64,000 nt of DNA from contig OX597835.1 of the NCBI GenBank assembly GCA_951406725.2, positions 33,976,001-34,040,000 on the forward strand. Reading direction: 5' to 3'. Source of the stretch: Octopus vulgaris (lineage: Eukaryota). Under the pieces are notes generated by a model. That model did not search any database, had not been told where the DNA came from, and saw nothing but the letters and a program-made list of their open reading frames with translations. The translations under genes were made by a program, and so were the position numbers. Below are positions 53,421-64,000 of this stretch, one piece after another; position 1 is the first letter of the stretch, and each line of letters begins with the position of its first letter.

Positions 53421-54066
53421 TGTTTCTTTATTAGCCACACAGGGCTGCACACAGATAGAACAAATTACAAGGTAGAGCTTTTCTTTTGAAGGTTTAAGAA
53501 AAAAAAAAAAAAAAAAAAAAAAGGAAGGGGGAGTTTCGATCAAAAGGGATCGTAAAAGGAGAGAAAGAGGACAAAAAAAGGGGGTTTAAAAAAAAGGGGG
53601 GAGGAAAAAAAATTGATCAATAGGGATCGTTATCACAGAAATGTCAATATGAAGTGTAAAGGGGAGGACAGGTGAGGTTTACCCGTGCAAAGAAAAGCCT
53701 ACGGAAAAGACCACGGTAACCTCGGTCAATGATGTCACATTTTATATTTCTTTTTTTTTTTTTTTTTTTTGCAAATAAGCAACTCTCTGTTTTCGATTTC
53801 TGGGTTCATAGGACTATGCTCAAGGTGGCTTCGTCATTCATACGTGCCATTCTTGCTACATTCACCCATCTTTTTTTAAAACATTCGCTAGACAAAACTT
53901 GCCTCTCTACTCTCACTTTCCTTTTCAAGTGGTACTTGAAGAAGTTGATGAGAGATTGACCAGAGAGGAAAGTGTTTGTCTCCAATCCTTTCAGACGCGT
54001 CCACCAGATACATTCTTTCGCCACAGCCACAAGGATGATGAAAATAGCTCTTCCTTCCCGTTTGAA
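53421..54066 (-). mobile_element. 5'-truncated Tx1 copy (ORF2 C-terminus + 3'UTR)
   Basis: VAVAKECIWWTRLKGLETNTFLSGQSLINFFKYHLKRK matches the end of copy B ORF2; 3' end GCCCTGTGTGGCTAATAAAGAAA. Confidence 0.9.
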
Positions 54067-54598
54067 GATAGATAGATAGATAGATAGATAAATAGATAGA
54101 TGGATGGATGGATAATTTCTTTATTGGCCACACAGGGCTAAACACAGAGGGGACAATTACAATGTAGTTTTTCTTTTCGATGGGGGGGGAGGGGCAGAAG
54201 AAAAAAACAAGAACAAAAAAAACCAATGGTGTTGTTTGTGGCAGAGTTGTCCGTAGTAGTAGTAGTGGTTGATTGTGAAGCTGTCGTCTGGGTTCTTCCA
54301 ATTTTCGTGGGTCGGTGGCGGCGGTGTTGGCGTCCAATGCTCACACCTGCACCTGTGTTGCTTCTCCCCTTCTTCCCTACACCCCTTCATGAAGCTATGG
54401 GGAAGGCAGGGTAGGGAAATGAACGTCGTAAGCGTTGTCAAGGAGACCAACGTTCTTTGCAACGACGACGACTTCATGGCTTGAAGACGCCATGCTCAAA
54501 ACAGAAAATGGCTTAGAAAGCCAAAAACAAATTTACAAAATCGAGAAACACGCCACACAGGGCAGGTTTCCCGTGCAAAGAATTTGCACAACCGAATG
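54067..54598 (-). mobile_element. Short internally deleted Tx1 derivative with (ATCC)(ATCT)n tail
   Basis: ORF1-like start MASSS...AYDVHFPTLPSP (54493-54395) joined to a Tx1-type 3' end. Confidence 0.65.
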
Positions 54599-55013
54599 GG
54601 ATCTTTTCGGTTTCAACGGCAGTTTTTTTCTAGCGGTGTCATATGAAATTGTCACCCACAATTATGACCCTAGTATCGATCTATTGCATTTCAATCTGTT
54701 TTAGGGTTAAGGGTGGTGGGAAGGGTATCTTTTTTCTTCACATATGTAAATAAACCCAATCTGTTTCTTAAACGACGGACATATTATTCATACGGCACAG
54801 AACGTTTTCACCTCAATAGACGGTCATTGATTGGTTGAAATTGCTGAAATGCAAGAAATTAAAGACCAAATATCTTACAAACTATAGAATTTTCTCAATA
54901 AAGCCAAGAGAAAAAGATGTTTTATAAACACATTCTACCAGTATACGAAGTTTAAAAGTGTTTAGTTACGTGGAAATTATTTTAAAAAACTGCCGTTCAA
55001 ACCGAAAAGATCC
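54599..55013. mobile_element. Merlin-like MITE M1
   Basis: Same TIRs and body as 33609-34019. Confidence 0.85.
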
Positions 55014-55523
55014 CTCACGGATATTTTAAATTTAGTTTCTTGTATTATTTTCACGAATTAACACTCAACACATGTTATATAATGGCATGCAAGATGCCGT
55101 AGTAAACCAAGAGAGTCATCACACAGCTAAAACACCATAACGTTAAAAAACAGACACCGTATTGTGCTATAGTAGCGTTTATTTTCTGTCTTGAGGCAAT
55201 CACGCTTGTTAAGGAATTATTGATAAAATTTAAATTAAAGTCAATCTTCATGGATGTGAACTTTTGTCGAACTCACGCCTCTTCAAACACTCTCTGAGCC
55301 CCGCAGATCGATATTAAATGTACAGGATGATCCAAAAGTCACGCACAAAATAAGTTCAGTTTGCTCCGAAATCGGCAATTAAAAATGCTTCAATTATTCT
55401 AAATTTAATTAAAATGAATTAAATAATGATAGATACATACGTACTTGTACAAGATGAACAAAGTGAATGAATGAACGAATAATAATAATAATAATGATAA
55501 TAACAATAATAATAATAATAATA

Positions 55524-55584
<61 letters not shown>

Positions 55585-56115
55585 CTCCTTTGGAATTTCA
55601 CCAATTCAAACTGACAAATAGGGCAGACATTGCATTGAAAGATTTCAGAAAAAAATCATGCCTCCTCATTGATATAAACGTATCTGTCAAGACCTACCAA
55701 AAACTGAGCAAGTATAAAGATTTTGAAATAGAAATTAGCAAAATGTGGAAGCTGAAGAGTAAAGCAATACCTGTTGTCATAGGTGCCCTGGGAATGATAG
55801 CAAAAGGGGCTGATTGCTATCTTTTTCAGATACTAGGAAACCCCAAAATGGCAGAAATTCAAAAGATAGTACTCATGGGAACTGCCCATATCCTAAGTAA
55901 AATACCGACTATGTAATCGCAAATTTTAAAACAAACTCATGATTTTCTTATGGTTTCTTAAACATTTTCTAGAACAATACTACGTACAAAAAACAAAATA
56001 TATGGCACCGTAGGCATAACACCAACGTGAACTTCTAACTTATTGTCTCTTGAGGCCTCTGGGTGAGACTTGGAGCCAACTTGTACAAATGCAAAGCAAA
56101 TGTCAAACATAAAAT
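55585..56115 (+). mobile_element. 5'-truncated R4/Dong copy between (TAA/TGA)n and (TAA)n
   Basis: CLLID...KTYQKLSKYKD...QKIVLMGTAHIL near-identical to 44119-45234. Confidence 0.9.
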
Positions 56116-56117
56116 AA

Positions 56118-56179
<62 letters not shown>

Positions 56180-56183
<4 letters not shown>

Positions 56184-56690
56184 TAATTGGAAGTGTTATC
56201 ATGTACATTGTTTTGTCTTGGTATAAAAGATGGGCTACAGCAAATATTCTGCTCAATACCACATATTTGCTTGTCAGTTGTTTGACCTTAACCAGTTGAG
56301 TATGTCCCTTAGTGGCTGACGATATGTGCATCTCTAATCATGAGCAGAAGTAGTGGGGGAGCATCATAGCCATGTGTTGAGAGGGATTCTTTGGGGTTTG
56401 ATTAATTCACCTCTGGAAACATGGGTGGTTCTTTCAACATCCTTAAACAACCCTTATTCAGGGACCTTTCGAGTGGGATGGGTTACTCGACCTGAAGAAA
56501 ATTCTAACTGGGCCCCACCTGCAAGGTCATGCGCTGTTTATCTTGATATGAGATCACCATGTCGCGCACATATGGTTGTGATGCATGTGCCTTGTGTACC
56601 CTTATCAGACGAGTAGTCATGATGGGTATACTGGGCTTCATATATTTTACCCCAGTGTCACTTTGATGGCATGCACTGCTCTCTCACTCA
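56180..56690 (+). mobile_element. Family D element in (TAA)n
   Basis: Reverse complement of 23382-23893; (TAA)n tail. Confidence 0.88.
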
Positions 56691-56899
56691 ATAATAATAA
56701 TAATATAGACAAAATGTTTAATGTTTCGGTGCGTGACTTTTGGCCCGCCCAATATCTTCTCTTTTCTTATGGCAAAATTGCTTTGCAAGGTTTGGTGGTG
56801 TTATGTAAGATTCGTTGAAAAACTTTAAACATTTTTGTTGAAGGTAAATCACCCGGTTTTTAAAACATGAGGATTCGCTTCGTATAGTTTATAAATAGT

Positions 56900-57062
56900 A
56901 GACGTAGAAGTGGCTGTGTGGTAAGAAGCATGCTTGCGAACCACATGGTTCCGGGTTCAGTCCCACTGCGTGACGCCTTCGGCAGGTGAATTCTACTATA
57001 ACCTCGGGCCAACCAAAGCCTTGTGGGTGGATTTGATAGACGGAAACTGAAAGAAGCCCGTC

Positions 57063-57096
<34 letters not shown>

Positions 57097-57333
57097 GTGC
57101 GTGTGTGTGTGTATACGTTTGTGCATCTGTGTTTGCCCCCCACCCACCAACATAGTTTGAGAAACGATGCTGGTGTGTTTATGTCCCCGTAACTAAGCGG
57201 TTCGGCAAAAGAGACCAATAGAATAAGTACTAAGCTTACAAAGAATAAGAACCTGGGGTCAATTTGCTCGACTAAATGCGGTGCTCCAGCATGGCCGCAG
57301 TCAAATGACTCAAACAAGTAAACGAGTAAAAGA
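56900..57333 (+). mobile_element. SINE family A, full length
   Basis: A and B boxes, body and tail. Confidence 0.9.
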
Positions 57334-57769
57334 GTAATAGTCCTGTGCTTGTTTGCTGGTAACATCTTTCGTGGGTACCCGTTAGCCACCCCTTTTTTTA
57401 TCTCAGGATCCGTCGCGCGTAACTACGTGACATACCTGAAAGTTTTATATTCACTTGATGACGTTAATAGCACTTAGCTCAAAATGAATTAGCGCAGCAT
57501 CATTAAAATGACAACTAATTATGAACACGAATAATAATGATACAAATCGGTAACTTGATGTAAATTATCACAGGTGGTGCAGAAAGAACACTACCGCCAC
57601 CACCACCATCACCACTAGTATCACCACCGGCGCTACTGCCCTCGCTACAACCACAATCATTACCACCGCCACCACCAATACCACCATCACCATTGATACC
57701 ACCACCATCAATATCACCGCTACCACCACCATCACCACCACCACATACATACATATATACATGTATACA

Positions 57770-57805
<36 letters not shown>

Positions 57806-57955
57806 AGCACATTTACACTTACACACACATACACGCTCATGTATATTCACATACATACACACTCACATATACAAGTATATGTAGGGAAACAGAAGATGAA
57901 GAAGAAGGAGGAGGAGGAGGAGGAGGAGAAAAAGGAGGCGGAGAAGGAGGAGGAG

Positions 57956-58360
57956 GGGGAGCTGGCTGAATCGTTAGTGCCTCAGACAAAATGCTCAACG
58001 GTATTTTTGGCAGAATCGTTAGCACGCCGGGTGAAATGCTTAGCGATATTTCGTCTGCCGCTACGTTCTGAGTTCAAATTCCGCCAAGGTCGACTTTGCC
58101 TTTCATCCTTTCGGGGTCGATAAATTAAGTACCAGTTACGCACTGGGGTCAATGTAATCGACTTAATACCTATGTCTGTCTTTGTTTGTCCCCTCTATGT
58201 TTAGCCCCTTATGGGCAATAAAGAAATAGGTATTTTTTCCCTTTCTAAGTTCAAATGCCGATGGTGTCGACTTCGCCCTTCATCTTTTCGGAGGTCGATA
58301 TAATATGTACCAGTCAATTACTATGGTCTATGTTAGCCATGTGTGCCAATATTAGGAAGA
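57956..58360 (+). mobile_element. Nested SINE C: Tx1-tailed copy (58009-58228) inside a sister copy
   Basis: 9-bp direct repeat GGTATTTTT at 58000-58008 and 58229-58237. Confidence 0.85.
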
Positions 58361-58987
58361 AATATGTATACAAATAGTCACCTATAAACATAGATAAGCC
58401 GCCACGAAGAGAGTAGATCGTGAACTATTTTCAAGTGCAAACTGATAAATAATTGAAAGTAGTGATTTGTCCTCGGGCATAAATACATTATGATTCGCAA
58501 ATAGCCTCGAACCAAAAACAGTTTTCTACAAGCTTTTATATATTTCATTTATTTTCACACAACTACATGTACACATAATCCCTTAATATATATGGACACA
58601 TCAACGGTTACACATACATACACACACGTACGTTTAGTTATAGAAAAGGTCACTAAAAGTGAAACATGGACTATTTTCAAGAGCAAAGTGTTAAGTAATT
58701 TAAAATGGAGCTTGTCCTGTGGCATAAATACGTCTTTTTTCCCCCTTTTATAGCCTTTATATATCTTATTTATTTTCAGCTTTTTCAATAATAAATGTCA
58801 TGATTTACTACAAAAGTTGGTGTTTACTTTGATATTCTTTTCAAATATCTTTCAAATTATCCAAATTCCAGAAAAAACATTATCGACTCGTTTCTGGATA
58901 TGTTTTGAGGATATAAATCAACGATACAACCAGAAAGAAAGGGGGGAAAATGGGCATCAGGAGCGAATACTCTACGTAACAACAGCA

Positions 58988-59615
58988 AGAAAAAGAAGAA
59001 GAAGAAGAAGAAGAAGAAGAAGAAGAAGAAGAAGAAGAAGAAGAAGGAGAAGAAGAAGAAGAAAAAGAAGAAAGGGAGAAGGAGGGGAGGAGAGGAGAGG
59101 AAAGGGAGAAGGAGGAGGAGGAGGAGGAGGAGGAAGTGGAGAAGAAGCAGAAGAAGGAGGGGAGGAGAAGGAGAAGAAGAGAGAGGAGGAAGAAAGAAGA
59201 AGAGGGAGGAGGAGGAGGAGAAGATAACGAAGAAGAAGAAAAAGAGGAGGAAGAAGAAGAAGAAGAAGAAGAAGAAGAAGAAGAAAAAGAAGAAGAAGAA
59301 AAAGAAGAAGAAGAAGAAGAAGAAGAAGGAGAAGAAGAAGAAGAAAAAGAAGAAAGGGAGAAGGAGGGGAGGAGAGGAGAAGAAAGGGAGAAGGAGGAGG
59401 AGGAAGTGGAGAAGAAGCAGAAGAAGGAGGGGAGGAGAAGGAGAAGAAGAAGAGAGAGGAGGAAGAAAGAAGAAGAGGGAGGAGGAGGAGAAGATAACGA
59501 AGAAGAAGAAAAAGAGGAGGAAGAAGAAGAAGAAGAAGAAGAAGAAGAAGAAGAGAGAGGAGAAGAAAAAGAAGAAGAAGAAAAAGAAGAAGAAGAAGAA
59601 GAAGAAGAAGAAGAA
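58988..59615. repeat. (GAA/GGA)n polypurine tract with an internal duplicated block
   Basis: GGAAGTGGAGAAGAAGCAGAAG and AAGATAACGAAG each occur twice. Confidence 0.93.
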
Positions 59616-60124
59616 ATTTTTTCGAAAAAAATTTATCAATGGCCAGCATATTAAAAACATACCTCTAAAGGTTAAATTTATAAACAACTTATAAACAAGG
59701 GCAAAAGAAAAAAAATTCTAATGCCAAATATGCCGAAAATAGACAAATTGTCAATAACCATATTATTTATCACTATAAACACGCGTCTCGAATAAGCCGA
59801 CAGAAATTTCTAAAAATTCCGTTATTATCGTATCGGTCCCAATTTCAGAGTTAATTCATAAGAATTTTCTCCTCGTCAGCGATAAATACGTAAGAAATAA
59901 ATGAAATACTTACTCATACCCATGGAAGAAGCAAGCACCAAGTCATGAGCACACCTAAGTACCCCAAATATATCCAAAATAGAGATTTTCCAGCACATCT
60001 CGAGACACATGCGATTCGAACTGAAAACTCTCATAGAGTGAGAGAGTCCGGAAGTGAACACTATTAAATTTACATCTAATATAGGATAAAATTTTTCGAA
60101 AAAAATTTTATCAATGGCCAGCAT
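59615..60124 (-). mobile_element. Penelope-style non-coding element with terminal direct repeat and hammerhead
   Basis: TTTTTCGAAAAAAATTTATCAATGGCCAGCATAT at about 59617 and 60093; between (GAA)n and (TA)n. Confidence 0.7.
59825..59885 (-). ncRNA. Type I hammerhead ribozyme
   Basis: Minus strand TTATCG-CTGACGA-GGAG aa AATTC ttat GAATT aa CTCT-GAAA-TTGG ga CCGA-TA-CGATAA. Confidence 0.78.
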
Positions 60125-60163
60125 ATATATATATATATATATATATATTTATTATATAGAAGG

Positions 60164-60214
60164 AGCTTCTACAGGACTAGTACTGTTTCATTCAAGAGAA
60201 ATCTTCAGGAAGCT
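60164..60214 (-). ncRNA. Type I hammerhead ribozyme (inverted copy)
   Basis: Reverse complement of 61215-61265. Confidence 0.8.
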
Positions 60215-60628
60215 ATTTAACAAGAATTGTATTAGCATTTATACATTTAGGCAGGTTTAAAGGAGTGGTGGTGGGGGACTTTTTGGGGGGTAGGCATAGC
60301 GCAAAATATCATACTTGGGGGAGTGGTCAAGGAGTCAGTGGTAAGTTAGATGAAAGAATAGATAAATAAAAAAATAAAAAAATAAAAAAATAAAATAATA
60401 AAAAAATAAAAAAATAAAATAAAATAATAAAAAAATAAAAAAATAAAAAAATAAAAAAATAAAAAAATAAAAAAAAATTAAAAAATAAAAAAATAAAAAA
60501 TATATATAAAAAATATATATATAAAAAAAATATATATATAAAAAAAGGGGGGATAGAGTTATAGGTAAATAAGGAGATTCTCACTTATACCTATACACAT
60601 ATGTATACGTATCTACACACATATATAT

Positions 60629-60669
<41 letters not shown>

Positions 60670-60968
60670 CATACATACACATATACATACATATCTACAT
60701 ACACACATACATACACCCGCCCACATATACAAATTTATACACATGCACATGCATATACCTGTCTACACATACACACACGTATATATGCATACACTCACTC
60801 CCATGCATGCACGCATACACACATGTATATATATACCCACGACCACACATACATATATACACAGAAAAATATATATTCATACGCACATACACTCATGCAC
60901 ACACAACACACCTAGTTCCCTATATACACATATTTACACCTATATATACATACACCCACATACACATA

Positions 60969-61018
<50 letters not shown>

Positions 61019-61214
61019 CACGCATACATATATATATATGTATCTTTTATTTAATTTTTTTATTTATCTATTCTTTCATCTAACTTACCACTGACTCCTT
61101 GACCACTCCCCCAAGTATGATATTTTGCGCTATGCCTACCCCCAAAAAAGTCCCCCACCACCACTCCTTTAAACCTGCCTAAATGTATAAATGCTAATAC
61201 AATTCTTGTTAAAT

Positions 61215-61265
61215 AGCTTCCTGAAGATTTCTCTTGAATGAAACAGTACTAGTCCTGTAGAAGCT
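61215..61265 (+). ncRNA. Type I hammerhead ribozyme
   Basis: AGCTTC-CTGAAGA-t TTC tctt GAA t-GAAA-CAG tactagtc CTG-TA-GAAGCT. Confidence 0.8.
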
Positions 61266-61348
61266 CCTTCTATATAATAAATTAATTTTACTCTGCTATG
61301 TATTGAGTACCTTACTTACTGTGGTTAACCCCGAATCAACCCGGGACC

Positions 61349-61430
<82 letters not shown>

Positions 61431-61501
61431 GTTGTATGTATGTATCAAAACAAACTGCTTGGAGAGGCAGGTTGTAGCTATGCTACGAGCTTCCTGTCTT
61501 C

Positions 61502-61922
61502 GGATCTTTTCATTTTGAAGGCCAGATTTTCCTAGTAAACTAAACAATTTGAAACTTCGTATACTGGTAGAATGTGTCAAAAGAAAACATTATTGTAAAC
61601 AAAATTGAAAACAAAATTGTAATTCGTAACTTAAACGTAGTTTAATTTTAAGAATTTTAACCAATGAAATCGCAGCATTCGAGCTCAAATTATTTACCTC
61701 TTCTTCTGTCTTCTACATGTGCTACAAATAACAGGCCATTGATAAATTAAATCGATTAATTTCGTCGCCCAATAAAAATATTAACGATATTTTTTTAATA
61801 TTTTCTTTATTTTTTTCAATTTTGTTTACAATAATGTTTTCTTTTGACACATTTTACCAGTATACGAAGTTTCAAATTGTTTAGTTAACTAGGAAAATCT
61901 GGACTTCAAAATGAAAAGATCC
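61502..61922. mobile_element. Merlin-like MITE M2 with about 110-bp TIRs and 8-bp TSD
   Basis: GGATCTTTTCATTTTGAAG ends; CTGTCTTC at 61494-61501 and 61923-61930; GG termini plus an 8-bp TSD fit Merlin/IS1016. Confidence 0.88.
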
Positions 61923-62312
61923 CTGTCTTCTATTGCAGACAGTTATTACCGTCTCCTGTTGCTTTCTTTGGGTTCTGTATACTACAGAATGCCCTACGTC
62001 TTCTAGACATTTTTCAATTGATGCATTTGTGAACAATGATTCGTTTTCGCGAACAAAATCTCCAGGCGAAAAACATCGGCTTTTCTCTCGAAAGAATGTG
62101 AAGTCCATTGTTTTAAGAGAAGCGTGAAGGACTCCAGCCCTATCTCAAACTATTCCATGGACTGAGACCTTTACTATGAAAATACCCTGAATTTCGATCT
62201 ATTCTTCTGGTAGTAACATTTGGAAGTACAAATTTAAGCCTTAATTGACCAAGCCGCAAAATTGTTTGACCAATGCTATCGGTATTACTGTAGTATTCAC
62301 ATTCACAATTTT

Positions 62313-62736
62313 GGATCTTTTCGGTTTGAACGGCAGTTTTTTAAAATAATTTCCACGTAACTAAACACTTTTAAACTTCGTATACTGGTAGAATGTTTTT
62401 ATAAAACATCTTTTTCTCTTGGCTTTATTGAGAAAATTCTATAGTTTGTAAGATAGTTGGGGTTTTTTCTTCAATTTCTGCAATTTCCAATCAATGACGT
62501 CTATTGAAGGTGAAAACATTCTGTGCTGTATGAAAATGTCCCTCGTTTAAGAAACGGATTGGGTTTATTTACATTTGTGAAGAAAAAAAGATACCTTCCC
62601 CCCACCCCTAACCTTAACCCTAACCCTAACCGTAAAACAGATTGAAATGCAATAGATCGATACTAGGGTCATAATTATGGGTGACAATTTCATATGACAC
62701 CGCTAGAAAAAACTGCCGTTCAAACCGAAAAGATCC
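62313..62736. mobile_element. Merlin-like MITE M1, opposite orientation
   Basis: Same TIRs; internal (TAACCC)n. Confidence 0.88.
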
Positions 62737-63421
62737 ACATTTGGAAGTACAAACATTTGGAAGTACAAATTTAAGCCTGAATTGACCAAGCCGCAAAATT
62801 ATTTGACCAATGCTATCGGTATTACTGTAGCATTTACATTCACAAATTTTTTTTTCGTCTCCTTTAAGAAAAAGAAAACAAACTACCGTTAACCTTTCGA
62901 ACACGAAGTATTACAGAAGCTATTTTTTACGCCAGTTCAATTGACTGAAGAAACATGTCCACCAAACTTGAAGGAAGACTTCTCCCATCTTGTTTTATAA
63001 CGTCGTTTCTTTGAATATATCTTCCACATCTTTCGGTGGATCTTCAGTAGCCTTGTTTTCTTAGAAATTGCACCCTCATACATCGTTTTTTCTTTTCCTC
63101 TTAGTTATCTCCCTCGTAAAATTATTTTGAGATCTGTAGTCGTATATCTCTTTTGACGTATGACTGTGCTTCAGATTTCCCATACAACTCTACCTTGGTT
63201 TTCATTTTATACAGTCAAACTACTTTTCATGCAAATGTAATTTTCGTTTCCTTCGCTACCATCTTTATCATTTGCTTTATTTATTTATTTATATATTTAT
63301 TTATCGATTTATTTGTTTATTTATTTCTTTTGAAAAAGGCTTATGTTGTCTTTATTGTTGTTATTGCTGCAGGTCAGTCTTACTGCAAATACTAATGCTA
63401 ATGTCGTTGTTGTTGCTATCA

Positions 63422-63424
<3 letters not shown>

Positions 63425-63479
<55 letters not shown>

Positions 63480-63644
63480 CATATATATATGTGTATGTAT
63501 GTATATATCTATATATATATATATGTGTGTGTGTGTGTCTGTGTGTACGTACACACTCACACAGGCACACACACATATATGTATGTATGTATGCATTTGC
63601 TTTTATGTATATATATGTATATGTGTGTATATGTACCTGTGTGT

Positions 63645-63682
<38 letters not shown>

Positions 63683-63685
63683 ATG
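63425..63685. repeat. (TA)n/(TG)n compound microsatellite
   Basis: Direct reading. Confidence 0.93.
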
Positions 63686-64000
63686 TACCTCATTTTTGTG
63701 TTATTACCATGTTGTAAAAGAAATCACCGCCCTTCGCGTTTTAGAAACCTCCTTCCACTGTCAACCACCGCAGACATATGCAAAACCATGCAGAAACAGA
63801 AATGCTGCCAAGAAGACAGAAATAAATAACCAATGCATTCTCCTAAATGAGCAAGAAATACCAACAACAATAAAACAAACATAAATAATGAAAACGAAAA
63901 CACACTAACAATATAACTGCAAATATAAGCTGCATTAGCAAAATAAAAACCAACTAGCGATTGGAAGGCGTATAAAACATGGATAAAATAATATGGCGCT

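Larger units (their letters stand above)
60148..61350. mobile_element. Penelope-style element with about 230-bp near-perfect inverted arms, inside (TA)n
   Basis: 60148-60375 is the reverse complement of 61055-61280; low-complexity interior. Confidence 0.85.

Noticed and set aside
58817-59687. Poly-Glu/Arg/Phe ORFs
   Set aside because: (GAA/GGA)n tract
62600-62632. Telomeric (TAACCC)n
   Set aside because: Only a few units, internal to the MITE and present in the other copies; not a telomere
61930-63250. Possible decayed Tx1 ORF1 on the minus strand
   Set aside because: Only faint similarity (TRWEK, ELA) across several frames; not supportable by eye

Overview
AT-rich, microsatellite-saturated animal genomic DNA, most likely a cephalopod such as Octopus (inferred from the tRNA-derived SINE types and the simple-repeat load, not proven). 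There is one 100-N gap at 25859-25958. Nearly all recognisable content is transposon-derived: two Tx1/L1-clade LINEs (one almost intact) plus fragments, R4/Dong-type and RTE LINE remnants, two mariner elements, Merlin-like MITEs, Helentron-like elements, four tRNA-SINE families, a 5.4-kb 30-bp minisatellite and long (TA)n arrays. The only host-gene trace is the 3' exons of an MFSD6-like transporter. Most entries in the ORF track are microsatellite read-throughs. Main unexplained signals: (1) about seven loci with type I hammerhead ribozyme motifs in short non-coding Penelope-style elements, including a 363-bp tandem retrozyme-like array with a U3-A8 variant core and a tRNA-headed hammerhead element; (2) a SINE with a Tx1-type 3' tail inserted twice at the same GGTATT site of a sister SINE; (3) a conserved extra reading frame between ORF1 and ORF2 in both Tx1 elements. 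All calls were made by eye, with no alignments or searches, so boundaries are approximate.
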